This document shows positions 17,932 through 26,898 of a stretch of 39,853 bases of DNA, piece after piece. The position numbers and the translations under genes are program-made. This stretch comes from Flavobacteriales bacterium (lineage in GTDB: Bacteria > Bacteroidota > Bacteroidia > M30B66). The stretch covers positions 1-39,853 of the forward strand of contig JBBALS010000001.1 in assembly GCA_040402915.1 (NCBI GenBank), read 5' to 3'. Under the pieces are notes generated by a model. The model saw only the letters and a list, made by a program, of their open reading frames with translations, searched no databases and was not told the DNA's origin. The first letter of the stretch is position 1. Every line of letters begins with the position of its first letter.

Positions 17932-19290
17932 ATGGACAATCTTGTTCTTGCTGCTCAACTTATTTTAAGCCTTTCTATATTAATTGTCCTCCACGAAATG
18001 GGGCATTTTTTTCCTGCTCGTTGGTTCAATACACGTGTTGAGAAATTCTACCTTTTCTTCGATTGGGGCTTTTCACTCTTTAAATTCAAAACCAAAAAAA
18101 TTGACGAAAACGGTGTAGACCAAGGAACCGAATATGGGATTGGTTGGCTTCCATTAGGTGGCTATGTGAAGATTTCGGGGATGGTAGACGAGTCGATGGA
18201 TAAAGAGCAAATGGCTTTGCCTCCTCAACCTTGGGAGTTTCGCTCTAAGCCAGCATGGCAACGCTTAATTATCATGATTGGTGGTGTAACCGTGAATTTA
18301 ATTTTAGGAATGTTTATTTATTCCATGATTCTTTTTGCTTGGGGAAAGGAATATTTGTCGGTCGAAAATGCTAAATACGGTGTGGTTGTTGGCGATAAAA
18401 TTGTATCCGATTTGGGATTTCGCAATGGCGATAAAATTGTCTCTGTAAATGGCAAAATGCCCAGAGACTTTCGCGATTTAAACATCGACATTCTGTTAAA
18501 TGAGCCCAATACTGTCAGAGTAAATCGTAAAGGAAGCATCATCGATGTGAAGATTCCGGAGGGTTTTGCTGAAAAAGTGGTGGGGTTAGATGAACCTACA
18601 CTCTTCTATCCAGCTATTCCAGCTATTGTGGATTCCGTAATGGACGATTCTCCAGCAGCAACCGCCAAACTCATGAAAGGTGATACCATTTGCGGTGTTA
18701 ATCAACATGAAATTCATTTCATGGCTGAACTTAGCAAAGAACTTACTGATAATAAAGGCAAGGACGTTACAATTTCCGTAGTTCGTGGACTCGATACTTT
18801 GGCATTAAAAACTAAAATTGGTAATGATGGCAAACTAGGATTCTTCAGCATCGACCCAAAGAAAATCTTCACTTTCTCGACAGAGTCTTTTGGATTCTTT
18901 GAATCGTTTCCTGCTGGAATTTCGGAAGGCGCTACAACCCTAGTAAACTATGTAAAGCAATTCAAACTCGTATTCACCAAAGAAGGATCTCAGAAGCTTG
19001 GTGGATTTGGTGCTATTGCATCGCAGTTTGATAAAGGCTGGGATTGGCATCGATTCTGGAACATCACAGCGTTTCTTTCTATTGTATTGGCGTTTATGAA
19101 TATCTTGCCTATCCCTGCGCTCGATGGCGGTCATGTTATGTTTCTCCTTTACGAGATTATTACAGGACGCAAGCCAAGCGACAAATTCTTAGAGCGCGCC
19201 CAAATGGTTGGGATGATATTGTTGTTAAGCTTATTGGTTTTTGCCAATGGAAACGACATCTACAAGTGGATCAAAGGCCTCATGAAGTAA
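17932..19290 (+). CDS. rseP: RIP site-2 zinc metalloprotease RseP (M50 family, PDZ domains)
   Basis: 452 aa from MDNLVLAAQLI. The HEMGHF (HExxH) motif is in the first TM segment. Other signatures are GGYVKISGM and the C-terminal NILPIPALDGGH (LDG motif). The PDZ-like middle region includes GDKIVSVNG. Confidence 0.88.
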   Translation: MDNLVLAAQLILSLSILIVLHEMGHFFPARWFNTRVEKFYLFFDWGFSLFKFKTKKIDENGVDQGTEYGIGWLPLGGYVKISGMVDESMDKEQMALPPQPWEFRSKPAWQRLIIMIGGVTVNLILGMFIYSMILFAWGKEYLSVENAKYGVVVGDKIVSDLGFRNGDKIVSVNGKMPRDFRDLNIDILLNEPNTVRVNRKGSIIDVKIPEGFAEKVVGLDEPTLFYPAIPAIVDSVMDDSPAATAKLMKGDTICGVNQHEIHFMAELSKELTDNKGKDVTISVVRGLDTLALKTKIGNDGKLGFFSIDPKKIFTFSTESFGFFESFPAGISEGATTLVNYVKQFKLVFTKEGSQKLGGFGAIASQFDKGWDWHRFWNITAFLSIVLAFMNILPIPALDGGHVMFLLYEIITGRKPSDKFLERAQMVGMILLLSLLVFANGNDIYKWIKGLMK

Positions 19291-19340
19291 ATGGAATTTC
19301 TCGGTCTTTCCCGAGTATTCCAACCCACGAAACCGATCGT

Positions 19341-19862
19341 TTGATATTGCGTGAAGTCCGCGCAGAACATCAACGTTTCTTGGCTTTAAAAGCACCTGTG
19401 AATCAAGCTCAGATGTTTCTTAACATTAAGAATGATGAGGACTGGCAGCATGAGCGAAACAAAGCGAAACAAGGTTTACGCACTTGGGACACAAGTTCCT
19501 GTTGGTTTATGCTGTTCGATAAAGCAAGCGATTCACCTATTGGCGCATGCGGATTTCATAATTGGTTTCTTTTGCATCGAAGAGCGGAACTGGGATATGT
19601 TCTTATTGAAGAACGTTGGAAACGTTTGGGCTTAATGTCCGAAGCCTTGAAATTTGTTATTCAATTCGGATTTAATCAACTTAATCTGATTCGCATGGAA
19701 GCGTGTATTTCACCTGAAAATAAAGCATCATTATCTATCATTCAGAAATTCAATTTTCAACAGGAAGGACTTTTGCGGCAACATTACACGCCCAAAGGTT
19801 CTAATTTACCGGAGGACTCGATGTTATTTGCTTTGTTGGAAAGCGATTTCCGAATTCAATAG
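19341..19862 (+). CDS. GNAT N-acetyltransferase (RimJ/RimL-like); start codon uncertain
   Basis: N-terminal ETDRLILREV is typical of the RimJ/YdaF-like N-terminus. The GNAT core includes GYVLIEERWKRLGLMSEAL and RMEACISPEN.AS. The frame is open from 19044, but no in-frame ATG or GTG lies between the rseP stop and this motif. I placed the start at TTG 19341. Confidence 0.6.
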   Translation: MILREVRAEHQRFLALKAPVNQAQMFLNIKNDEDWQHERNKAKQGLRTWDTSSCWFMLFDKASDSPIGACGFHNWFLLHRRAELGYVLIEERWKRLGLMSEALKFVIQFGFNQLNLIRMEACISPENKASLSIIQKFNFQQEGLLRQHYTPKGSNLPEDSMLFALLESDFRIQ

Positions 19863-19922
19863 AACAAGCCTTAAGAAAATTCTGGAACCCATTTCTCGCA
19901 AGGCATTCCAAATTAACAGCGT

Positions 19923-20642
19923 TTATTTTAGAATTGAATAATTATTTAGTTTCCCAAAAGCGGTAAAACCAAGTTTCATATAAATTTGTTCACCCATTTT
20001 TGAAGCATTCAGAACGCAATATTTAGAGTTATGAATCAACGCTTCACTAATTAATTTCTCCGTTATACTTTTCCCTATTCCTTTTCCTCGTCCTTTGGGA
20101 ATAGTTCCAATCATATGAAAGCCAGCGACATTATTTTTATCAAAAAAAACAATTCCACAGCCTAAAATTTCATTTATTTCCTTGTGAATAAAAAGTTTAG
20201 CTTGAGAACTGTCTTTACTCAAATTATAAACTATCATACCATCTACTTTATAACCGAAAGATTCCGTTGCAATAATTGCAAAATCGGATGCGTCTGATTG
20301 AGATTCAACTTGATGAATGTTGCCGTTATGTGTAATTTCACCAGTATAGTTATTCAGATCCAAAGACATGTTCACTAGACTTAAACGATGTTGGATTTTA
20401 TTAAAATTTAATACGTCTGTTTGTTTATCTAGTGTAATTATATTTGGTAATAAAGACTTATTGCTCAAATTTATTATTTCTTCATAAATTTCTTTTTTAT
20501 CATCTATGGCATAAATTCGATTAGGCCAATCTGAATCTTTTACACATACTGCTTTATAATTTGAAGATTCAATATAAATATTATTTTTCCGACCTATATA
20601 ATCCCAAAATTCAAATAGGTTTTTTGTAATTAAATCATTCAT
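19923..20642 (-). CDS. GNAT-family acetyltransferase
   Basis: 239 aa. The C-terminal GNAT core is GFHMIGTIPKGRGKGIGKSITEKL (acetyl-CoA pyrophosphate-binding R/Q-x-x-G-x-G/A) followed by YMKLGF. Confidence 0.7.
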   Translation of the reverse strand: MNDLITKNLFEFWDYIGRKNNIYIESSNYKAVCVKDSDWPNRIYAIDDKKEIYEEIINLSNKSLLPNIITLDKQTDVLNFNKIQHRLSLVNMSLDLNNYTGEITHNGNIHQVESQSDASDFAIIATESFGYKVDGMIVYNLSKDSSQAKLFIHKEINEILGCGIVFFDKNNVAGFHMIGTIPKGRGKGIGKSITEKLISEALIHNSKYCVLNASKMGEQIYMKLGFTAFGKLNNYSILK

Positions 20643-20748
20643 CTTTTGTTTTATTAATCATTAGAAAGTCTCTCGTTTGTATATTGATAGACTGAAACTG
20701 ACCGCTAACGTACCGTCTAAATGCACATAACCTATTCGCACCACTCGC

Positions 20749-21309
20749 TCACTTTCTATTTAAAATTATCTCTAATCGTTCATTAGAAGACAATCCAATT
20801 ACATATCCTTTTATTTTATTTGTGATTAAGCCTTGATCATTAACCGAATATATTGATGGTGAGCTTTGGGAATGCAGTTTCTTTGATATTCTTCTACATT
20901 GTGTTGAAACTATTATATTCTTTCCATCATTTTTTAAATTGTCGTTACTGCATTCTCCTATTACTATTCCATCCATTGGTTTCAAACCAAAATATTTTCT
21001 TGTTTGAGACCAATTATTAACTTCACTTGAATTGAAATCATTAATTTGAGAATTTGTATTCTCTAAAATAAAAATCATTTGAAATGGATCATCAACGTTT
21101 GATTCTTGACAATCTTTGACAAATTGCATAAACGGAGGACAACCAATATGTCCGATAACAACAACAGATTTTTTGTTTTTGAAAATTGAGTTATTGATTT
21201 TTTCCGAATGAATAGAAAGATATTCAAAATCTGGGAATTTCTTTGTTTTGAAAGAAATTCCAAAGAATGCAAATGTGTATAGTAAAATGACTGTTGTTAA
21301 CTTTTTCAT
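20749..21309 (-). CDS. secreted thioredoxin-fold (TlpA/redoxin-like) protein with single-Cys CPPF motif
   Basis: 186 aa. Signal-like MKKLTTVILLYTFAFFGISF. VVVIGHIGCPPFMQF occupies the position of the WCxPC motif, but the second Cys is Phe. The C-terminal P.IY.V...G.I is reminiscent of the cis-Pro region. Confidence 0.45.
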   Translation of the reverse strand: MKKLTTVILLYTFAFFGISFKTKKFPDFEYLSIHSEKINNSIFKNKKSVVVIGHIGCPPFMQFVKDCQESNVDDPFQMIFILENTNSQINDFNSSEVNNWSQTRKYFGLKPMDGIVIGECSNDNLKNDGKNIIVSTQCRRISKKLHSQSSPSIYSVNDQGLITNKIKGYVIGLSSNERLEIILNRK

Positions 21310-21599
21310 GAGCTCGAGACAAATTTGTTTGCAACGAAAATGATATCCACCAAACTACGAATCTAATCAAAACCATAGAGAATATGGTCAAGACTCTTTC
21401 CCATAATGAGGTATTCGGATTGTGAAAAAAGCGACTAATTAATGGGTATGTAATCCATTAATGAAGATGTTAATTAATTCCGCGAATTCTGCTTCGGTTT
21501 AAATATTGACTCCCGGGATTTGATTATTCAGTATATAATTTCCAACATCCTACAATCCTTCAATGCCAGAAAAACTGGCCATTCAAAGCATTATATTTA

Positions 21600-22169
21600 T
21601 TATCGAATTTCCCAGGTAATTTCTGTGTTTTCCCAAAATATACTCATTCGTCCATCTGCGCGTTCGTCGGATGTGATTTCGAATTTAAAACGTTCATTCA
21701 ACTCAGCTGATTTTTTAGGTGCTACTTTAAAACGAAGAACATCTTTGCTCTCATCGTATTTGTATGATCCCCATTGGTCTGTAACCGAATTGATAATGAT
21801 AGTCCATTCTGTTTCACCAGGAATGGAAAACAAAGCATATTTACCAGCACGTAACATTCCGCCACCTACTTTACAATCACGGCTTACTTCGATAGTTGAA
21901 GCTTCGTTAGCACCCGTACGCCAAACTTTACCAAATGGAACTAGTTCGCCAAATACTTTACGACCTTTTACACCCGGAGAACTATAATTAACAACCACTT
22001 TTAAATTTCCAATGGTCGCTTCTGTTGTTTTAGGTGGACTTGGACGCTCATCTTTTTTAGCCGCAGTCATGGAAGTTTTTTCAGTTTTGGTTTGAGCCGA
22101 AACAGCGTTCGACACAAATGCTGAAAACACAAAAGCTGAAAGTATAATCTTGAAATTAGGAATAATCAT
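21600..22169 (-). CDS. DUF2911 domain-containing secreted protein
   Basis: 189 aa. Signal peptide ending AVSAQ. Core YSSPGVKGRKVFGELVPFGKVWRTGANEAT-like and LRAGKYALF match the recalled DUF2911 family common in Bacteroidota. Confidence 0.7.
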   Translation of the reverse strand: MIIPNFKIILSAFVFSAFVSNAVSAQTKTEKTSMTAAKKDERPSPPKTTEATIGNLKVVVNYSSPGVKGRKVFGELVPFGKVWRTGANEASTIEVSRDCKVGGGMLRAGKYALFSIPGETEWTIIINSVTDQWGSYKYDESKDVLRFKVAPKKSAELNERFKFEITSDERADGRMSIFWENTEITWEIR

Positions 22170-22237
22170 GGTGCTTGTTTTATATTACGATGTTCAAAGA
22201 TAAAATTTTCGGAACGCTAGAAAAAAGAATATTAAAA

Positions 22238-23146
22238 TTAATCAAAAACTTCCGCCATCATACATCGAACGCTTCCGCCTCCTGTTTGTTCTATGAAGGG
22301 AATATCAATTGGAAGCAATAATCCAAACTGCTGCAAAAATGCCAATTCTGTTGGCATAAGTGAATTCATAGCTGTTGAAGAAAGAACGATTAACGTTTCA
22401 TCGGATGAATTTCTCAATTCTAACACATTCCCAGCAAATGCTAAAACTTGTTCCCGTGTAATATGCAATAATGCTCGCCCGTTTTCAGATAGCGCCTTCA
22501 CAACTCGATCTCGGTCGTTTTCCGGAATACTCTCAGAACAAACAATTCCAAAATGCGTCCCGATACATAACACCACATTGGTATGGTAATATGCATCTGA
22601 ATCAGCATCAATCGCATCAAAAATTACAGGTTCAAAATGAAGCATTTCGGCAATTTCCGTTACTTTTTTTTCGTGAGTGCGGTTTGACCTACTTGCGAAA
22701 ACGCGCTTTTGAATATGATCGAAAATAAGACTTCCCGTACCTTCTAAATATTCACCCAATGTTTCAGATTCACTGAAATCGGATAATTTATATTCAGGTA
22801 AATGCGATTGAATTCGACGAATAAGATTAGGTTCTCTTTCCAAGCGGCGATTTTCGGCTGCCATTGGATAAAGTACTATGTGTTTTCCAGGATGAATTCC
22901 AAGCCAGTTATTGGGAAAAATGGCATCGGGTTTTTCTGGAAAAATGCTATCTTCTTCCACCCAGACATTTACTCCTTCGGCTCTTAAAATAGCTACCATG
23001 GCATCGAATTCCTGCAAAGCTAAATCATTCGGATTTTCAATATTTGGTGCTTTTTGAAATGCATTGCTTTGGGCTGTCTCAACATTGTATTTGAAACTAG
23101 CAGGACGAATCATTAAAACAGTATCCGTACTTTGATTTTGCATCAT
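22238..23146 (-). CDS. amidinotransferase-fold hydrolase (arginine deiminase-related / citrulline-utilisation CtlX-like, guanidino-group-modifying enzyme superfamily)
   Basis: 302 aa. Ends GGGSVRCMMAEVF, which is the catalytic-Cys signature of the GME superfamily. The N-terminal MIRPASF..N is typical of the arginine deiminase-related family. The start ATG overlaps the acylase stop as ATGA. Confidence 0.72.
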   Translation of the reverse strand: MMQNQSTDTVLMIRPASFKYNVETAQSNAFQKAPNIENPNDLALQEFDAMVAILRAEGVNVWVEEDSIFPEKPDAIFPNNWLGIHPGKHIVLYPMAAENRRLEREPNLIRRIQSHLPEYKLSDFSESETLGEYLEGTGSLIFDHIQKRVFASRSNRTHEKKVTEIAEMLHFEPVIFDAIDADSDAYYHTNVVLCIGTHFGIVCSESIPENDRDRVVKALSENGRALLHITREQVLAFAGNVLELRNSSDETLIVLSSTAMNSLMPTELAFLQQFGLLLPIDIPFIEQTGGGSVRCMMAEVFD

Positions 23147-25524
23147 TCCGGCTTCAAGTGAAGCGATTTACCATTCGCACTCTTTTCAATTTCAGCGCGA
23201 TTCATCAATTGAGGACGAAACGCATTTTTGTTGTACAAGTCGAATTGATCATCATAATGAGGAGCGAGAAAATATCCCGATTGGCCAGTTGGCAATATAC
23301 TCAATGAATGATCGGTGTCAGAAAAATCGATGATGCGTCTCATTGCAGGACCAAATTTTGCAGGATAATAACCCGTTGAATCTAGATTAAATGCGATGTT
23401 ATTGATTACTTCATTTCCACCACTTACACTTTCAGGACCAACATTGAATAGCATGTCAAATGGTTTTTTTCTACCTATTGGATGAACATGTTCGATGGTG
23501 TGCGCCCTACTCCACTTCCATTTGGTTTGATCTTTCCCATAAACCGAATTTAGATCGTTGATTGTTTTATGCCAGGCCTGTTGAACAATAATGAAACGTT
23601 TTTCTTCACCTTTGGTCGCCCAACTATCCCACCAAGCTGAATACGTTTTATTCAATAATACAGGATACGTTGTCTTCATAAAATGAGAATTCATATATGA
23701 ATTAAACAAAGTTGCTCCCACTTTATTGGCAAATGTTAACCTCAGAATATTGTATATCCATCGATAATAAATCAAGGTGCCGGAAGATTCCAATCCATGA
23801 TTTCCTTCCCAACTTCTTAATCGATTTGCTGCTTCAGTTTTAAGTGCTTCCGGTTCTACAGTTCCTAGAATGTAAAGAAGATCTTTGGCTGTTTTTGGAT
23901 ATACTTCGCTCTTCCCATCGGTGATGAGTTTTTTCATCATGTTGGAATCCCATTTGTCTTGCTTACTTAATTCATGAACGATTCTAAGTGCACGGTTTTC
24001 AGGAACATAATATCCAGGATATAAATCTCCTTCGATACTTGCTGGTTGATTGTTTGCCGAATAAACGTATCCTGATGCTGGATCTTCGGAATGAGGATTT
24101 TGATTGAAATCGAGCCATCCTAATGGTTCATCATTCCCCGTTGCACCGTCCAAAAAACGCTTACTAAACATGCCAGGACGGCGTTTTACCAATTTCGCGG
24201 TTGTCCACCAGGCAATGTGCCCGTCTTTATCACCATACATTAGATTCAAACCCGGCGCATCAATTTTAGCTGCTGCGTTGCGGGCATCATCCATCGATCG
24301 GGCATGATTTAATTCATAAACAGCTTCAAGCGATCGTGAGGGGAATTTCAAATAAGACCACCAAACAGATACCGCCTGATTGAAAATTGGAATATTATCC
24401 ATAACGCGATCAATCAAAGGTCCGTGCTCCGATTCTTCAACCTGAAAAACAACATCAGCTGAATCTTTCACATGAATTGTTTCTGAAAAAACCTTGAGTG
24501 CCTTTGGAGTATTTTGGAATAGCACATTGTTTCCATCACGCTGCTCGATATAAAAGTCCACATCGTCGTTTTCGAACATGGTTAATCCATTTCCACAAAA
24601 ATCGCTGTGCCCTGTCATGGCAAAAGGAAAACCGGCTAAATGATTACCATAAAAGCGAAAGCCCGGATATTCTAAATGTGCTTCAAACCAAATGGATGGT
24701 TGCGAATAACCCATGTGCGTATCGTTGCACAAGAGCGCTTTGCCACTTTTGGTTTTCTTTGGAGCTAAAACCCAGCTATTTGAACCAATCCAAGGTGCAA
24801 CCGGATATTCTTCAAATATTTGATCCAGATTCTGACTTAACTGAACCGCATTGGACATAACGCGAGGATTAACCGGAATCGTAGTACTTCCAGCTGGCCA
24901 ACCCAATTCGAGCTCCGACATCATTTTATCGCCCACTTTCCGATACATGCCTTCCACCATCGGGTCGATCCGGAAACCTTCTGCAAATCCAAAAGCCATA
25001 TAGCCCGAAACAAGAAATACATCTTCCAAAGTGTACTCCTCTTTTCCGATTCCCAACATGGTGAACTCAATGGGTGTTTTACCTTGATTAATGTATTGAT
25101 TAATACCCGAAATATATGCTTTAACACTTTGTTTTATTGGCTTCGGACTGCGTTTTAGAAATTCTTGTGCCGACCATTTTGCGTGGCGATTTAATCCCAA
25201 TGTTCGGAAGAAACGATCTGTTTTCACCATCGAATTTCCGAGCAATTCGGATAAGCGACCTGATGCGAGTCGTTTAATCATTTCCAATTGAAACAATCTA
25301 TCTTGAGCTACAACATAACCCAAAGCAAAATAAGCGTCCTCTTCATTTTGCGCATAAATATGTGGCACACCAAAATTATCGTAATAAACATCAAGTTGTT
25401 TGTTAAGGCCTTTCAATTGTTTATCACCTGAATAATCAGGAACAAGTGAGTAAAGCCAAATAACAATTGCAATGATGGAGGCAACAAGGAATAAACCAAT
25501 TCCTAGAAGAATCTTTTTAAACAT
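23143..25524 (-). CDS. penicillin acylase / acyl-homoserine-lactone acylase family Ntn hydrolase (peptidase S45)
   Basis: 793 aa. N-terminal membrane/signal segment. The GSNSWVLAPKKTKSGKALLCNDTH motif contains the beta-subunit N-terminal nucleophile Ser. Length and layout fit S45 acylases. Confidence 0.85.
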   Translation of the reverse strand: MFKKILLGIGLFLVASIIAIVIWLYSLVPDYSGDKQLKGLNKQLDVYYDNFGVPHIYAQNEEDAYFALGYVVAQDRLFQLEMIKRLASGRLSELLGNSMVKTDRFFRTLGLNRHAKWSAQEFLKRSPKPIKQSVKAYISGINQYINQGKTPIEFTMLGIGKEEYTLEDVFLVSGYMAFGFAEGFRIDPMVEGMYRKVGDKMMSELELGWPAGSTTIPVNPRVMSNAVQLSQNLDQIFEEYPVAPWIGSNSWVLAPKKTKSGKALLCNDTHMGYSQPSIWFEAHLEYPGFRFYGNHLAGFPFAMTGHSDFCGNGLTMFENDDVDFYIEQRDGNNVLFQNTPKALKVFSETIHVKDSADVVFQVEESEHGPLIDRVMDNIPIFNQAVSVWWSYLKFPSRSLEAVYELNHARSMDDARNAAAKIDAPGLNLMYGDKDGHIAWWTTAKLVKRRPGMFSKRFLDGATGNDEPLGWLDFNQNPHSEDPASGYVYSANNQPASIEGDLYPGYYVPENRALRIVHELSKQDKWDSNMMKKLITDGKSEVYPKTAKDLLYILGTVEPEALKTEAANRLRSWEGNHGLESSGTLIYYRWIYNILRLTFANKVGATLFNSYMNSHFMKTTYPVLLNKTYSAWWDSWATKGEEKRFIIVQQAWHKTINDLNSVYGKDQTKWKWSRAHTIEHVHPIGRKKPFDMLFNVGPESVSGGNEVINNIAFNLDSTGYYPAKFGPAMRRIIDFSDTDHSLSILPTGQSGYFLAPHYDDQFDLYNKNAFRPQLMNRAEIEKSANGKSLHLKPE

Positions 25525-25572
25525 TAATCAGAGTATTATGAGCCGAAATTTACAAAATAATGCACATGCAAA

Positions 25573-26730
25573 TCAATCAACTTCTAATGAATCAATATTT
25601 GAATTCATAACCAACTGATTAACTTTCCCTAAACTATTGATACTATAATTTACTGTATTGGTTAATACAATGATGGCATTGTGATCGGTTAAATTTCGCA
25701 TAAAAAAAGTGCGAAATCCACGCCACCAGCCACTGTGATATACTATTTGCTTTTCGGGGTTTTGTTTATTTATTCTCCAACCAAATCCATAATTTCTCAA
25801 TCCATGCAATTCGGGACTTCCTTCTTTAAATGCCTCAGCTAATGTTTCTTGCTTAACCAGTTTGTTTCCATATAAAGCTTGATCCCAGATAAAAAGATCT
25901 TCGACTGTAGAAAAAACATTCTTATCTCCAGTTATTCCATTGAAACAATCGTTAGGCGCTTTCCAACTCCCATTGCGATCGTAGCCACAAACATTTCCGG
26001 GTAAATTAGCTTGCTCGCATTTCGAATAAATCTGCGAATGTTTCATCCCCAAAGGTTCGAAAACAGCTTTTTTCATAAAGGTAGAAAATGTAACACCACT
26101 AATTTTTTCAACAATAGCAGCTAGAACTGCATAACCAGTATTGCTATAGGAATAATGCGAATTTGGAGAGGAATAAGGATCTGGTTTATGCTTTGAAAAC
26201 ATGCGCATCATTTCCTGATTCGAAATCGGTTTTTCTTTTTCCAGCCAATACGGATCAATAAACCATCGGTAATCGGCAAGTCCAGCACGATGCGTTAGTA
26301 ATTGTCGGATTGTTACATTCGTGTATGGAAATTTGGGGTAGAAGCGAGTTACTTTATCATCATAACTTAAGAATCCACGTTCCTTCAACATCATTATTGC
26401 CATGGAAGTAAACTGCTTCGAAACAGAAGCTAATTGAAATTGGCTACTCACCTTTAAACTATCACGACTAGCTAAATCGGCATATCCAAATGCCTTTTTA
26501 TAAATTATGTGATTGTTTTCAGTAATCAATACAACTCCATTAAATCCGAAGGTTGATCGAAGCTTTTGGAAAATACCTTCCAACTTGTGAGCGCTCCCTT
26601 TCGATTTGATGCGGTAATATAAATCTTCAATTTGAGGAGAAATTCCCGATGAAAAATGCTTTGCAGTTGTTGCATTTCCCAATACAGGGAAGAAAAGCAG
26701 AACGATTAAAACAAGAAGTCGAAACACCAT
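25573..26730 (-). CDS. secreted serine hydrolase of the beta-lactamase (class C / EstB-like) fold
   Basis: 385 aa. Signal peptide present. Motifs are SVSKQF (SxxK), YSYSNTGY (YxN) and HSGWW (H/K-S/T-G-like). Confidence 0.8.
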   Translation of the reverse strand: MVFRLLVLIVLLFFPVLGNATTAKHFSSGISPQIEDLYYRIKSKGSAHKLEGIFQKLRSTFGFNGVVLITENNHIIYKKAFGYADLASRDSLKVSSQFQLASVSKQFTSMAIMMLKERGFLSYDDKVTRFYPKFPYTNVTIRQLLTHRAGLADYRWFIDPYWLEKEKPISNQEMMRMFSKHKPDPYSSPNSHYSYSNTGYAVLAAIVEKISGVTFSTFMKKAVFEPLGMKHSQIYSKCEQANLPGNVCGYDRNGSWKAPNDCFNGITGDKNVFSTVEDLFIWDQALYGNKLVKQETLAEAFKEGSPELHGLRNYGFGWRINKQNPEKQIVYHSGWWRGFRTFFMRNLTDHNAIIVLTNTVNYSINSLGKVNQLVMNSNIDSLEVD

Positions 26731-26898
26731 AATAAAGATTAGTATTCAAAGCTACCGAAATGAACTACCAAGATTTCGGTCAAAAAAATAAGATTTACAA
26801 TTCATAATGTTAATAAACATGATTGCCATTCATTGAAGCAAAAACACATCTCAAGCGAATTTTTAACGAATATTGCAGTGTAATTAAAATACCGCAGA

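Noticed and set aside
19044-19290. Upstream part of the 272-aa ORF as real GNAT coding sequence
   Set aside because: It overlaps the conserved C-terminal membrane domain of rseP in another frame, and the translated sequence has no GNAT features. Only the part downstream of the rseP stop looks genuine.
21434-21462. Hairpin TTAATGG(n9)CCATTAA downstream of the DUF2911 gene, considered as a terminator or small RNA
   Set aside because: The stem is AT-rich and 7 bp, lies about 140 nt from the stop and has no U-tract. It is indistinguishable from chance in AT-rich DNA.
26775-26800. Inverted repeat CCGAAAT(n11)ATTTCGG in the divergent promoter region, considered as a terminator
   Set aside because: No T-tract follows it on either strand, and both flanking genes point away from it. 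At most it is a candidate operator, with too little evidence to call.
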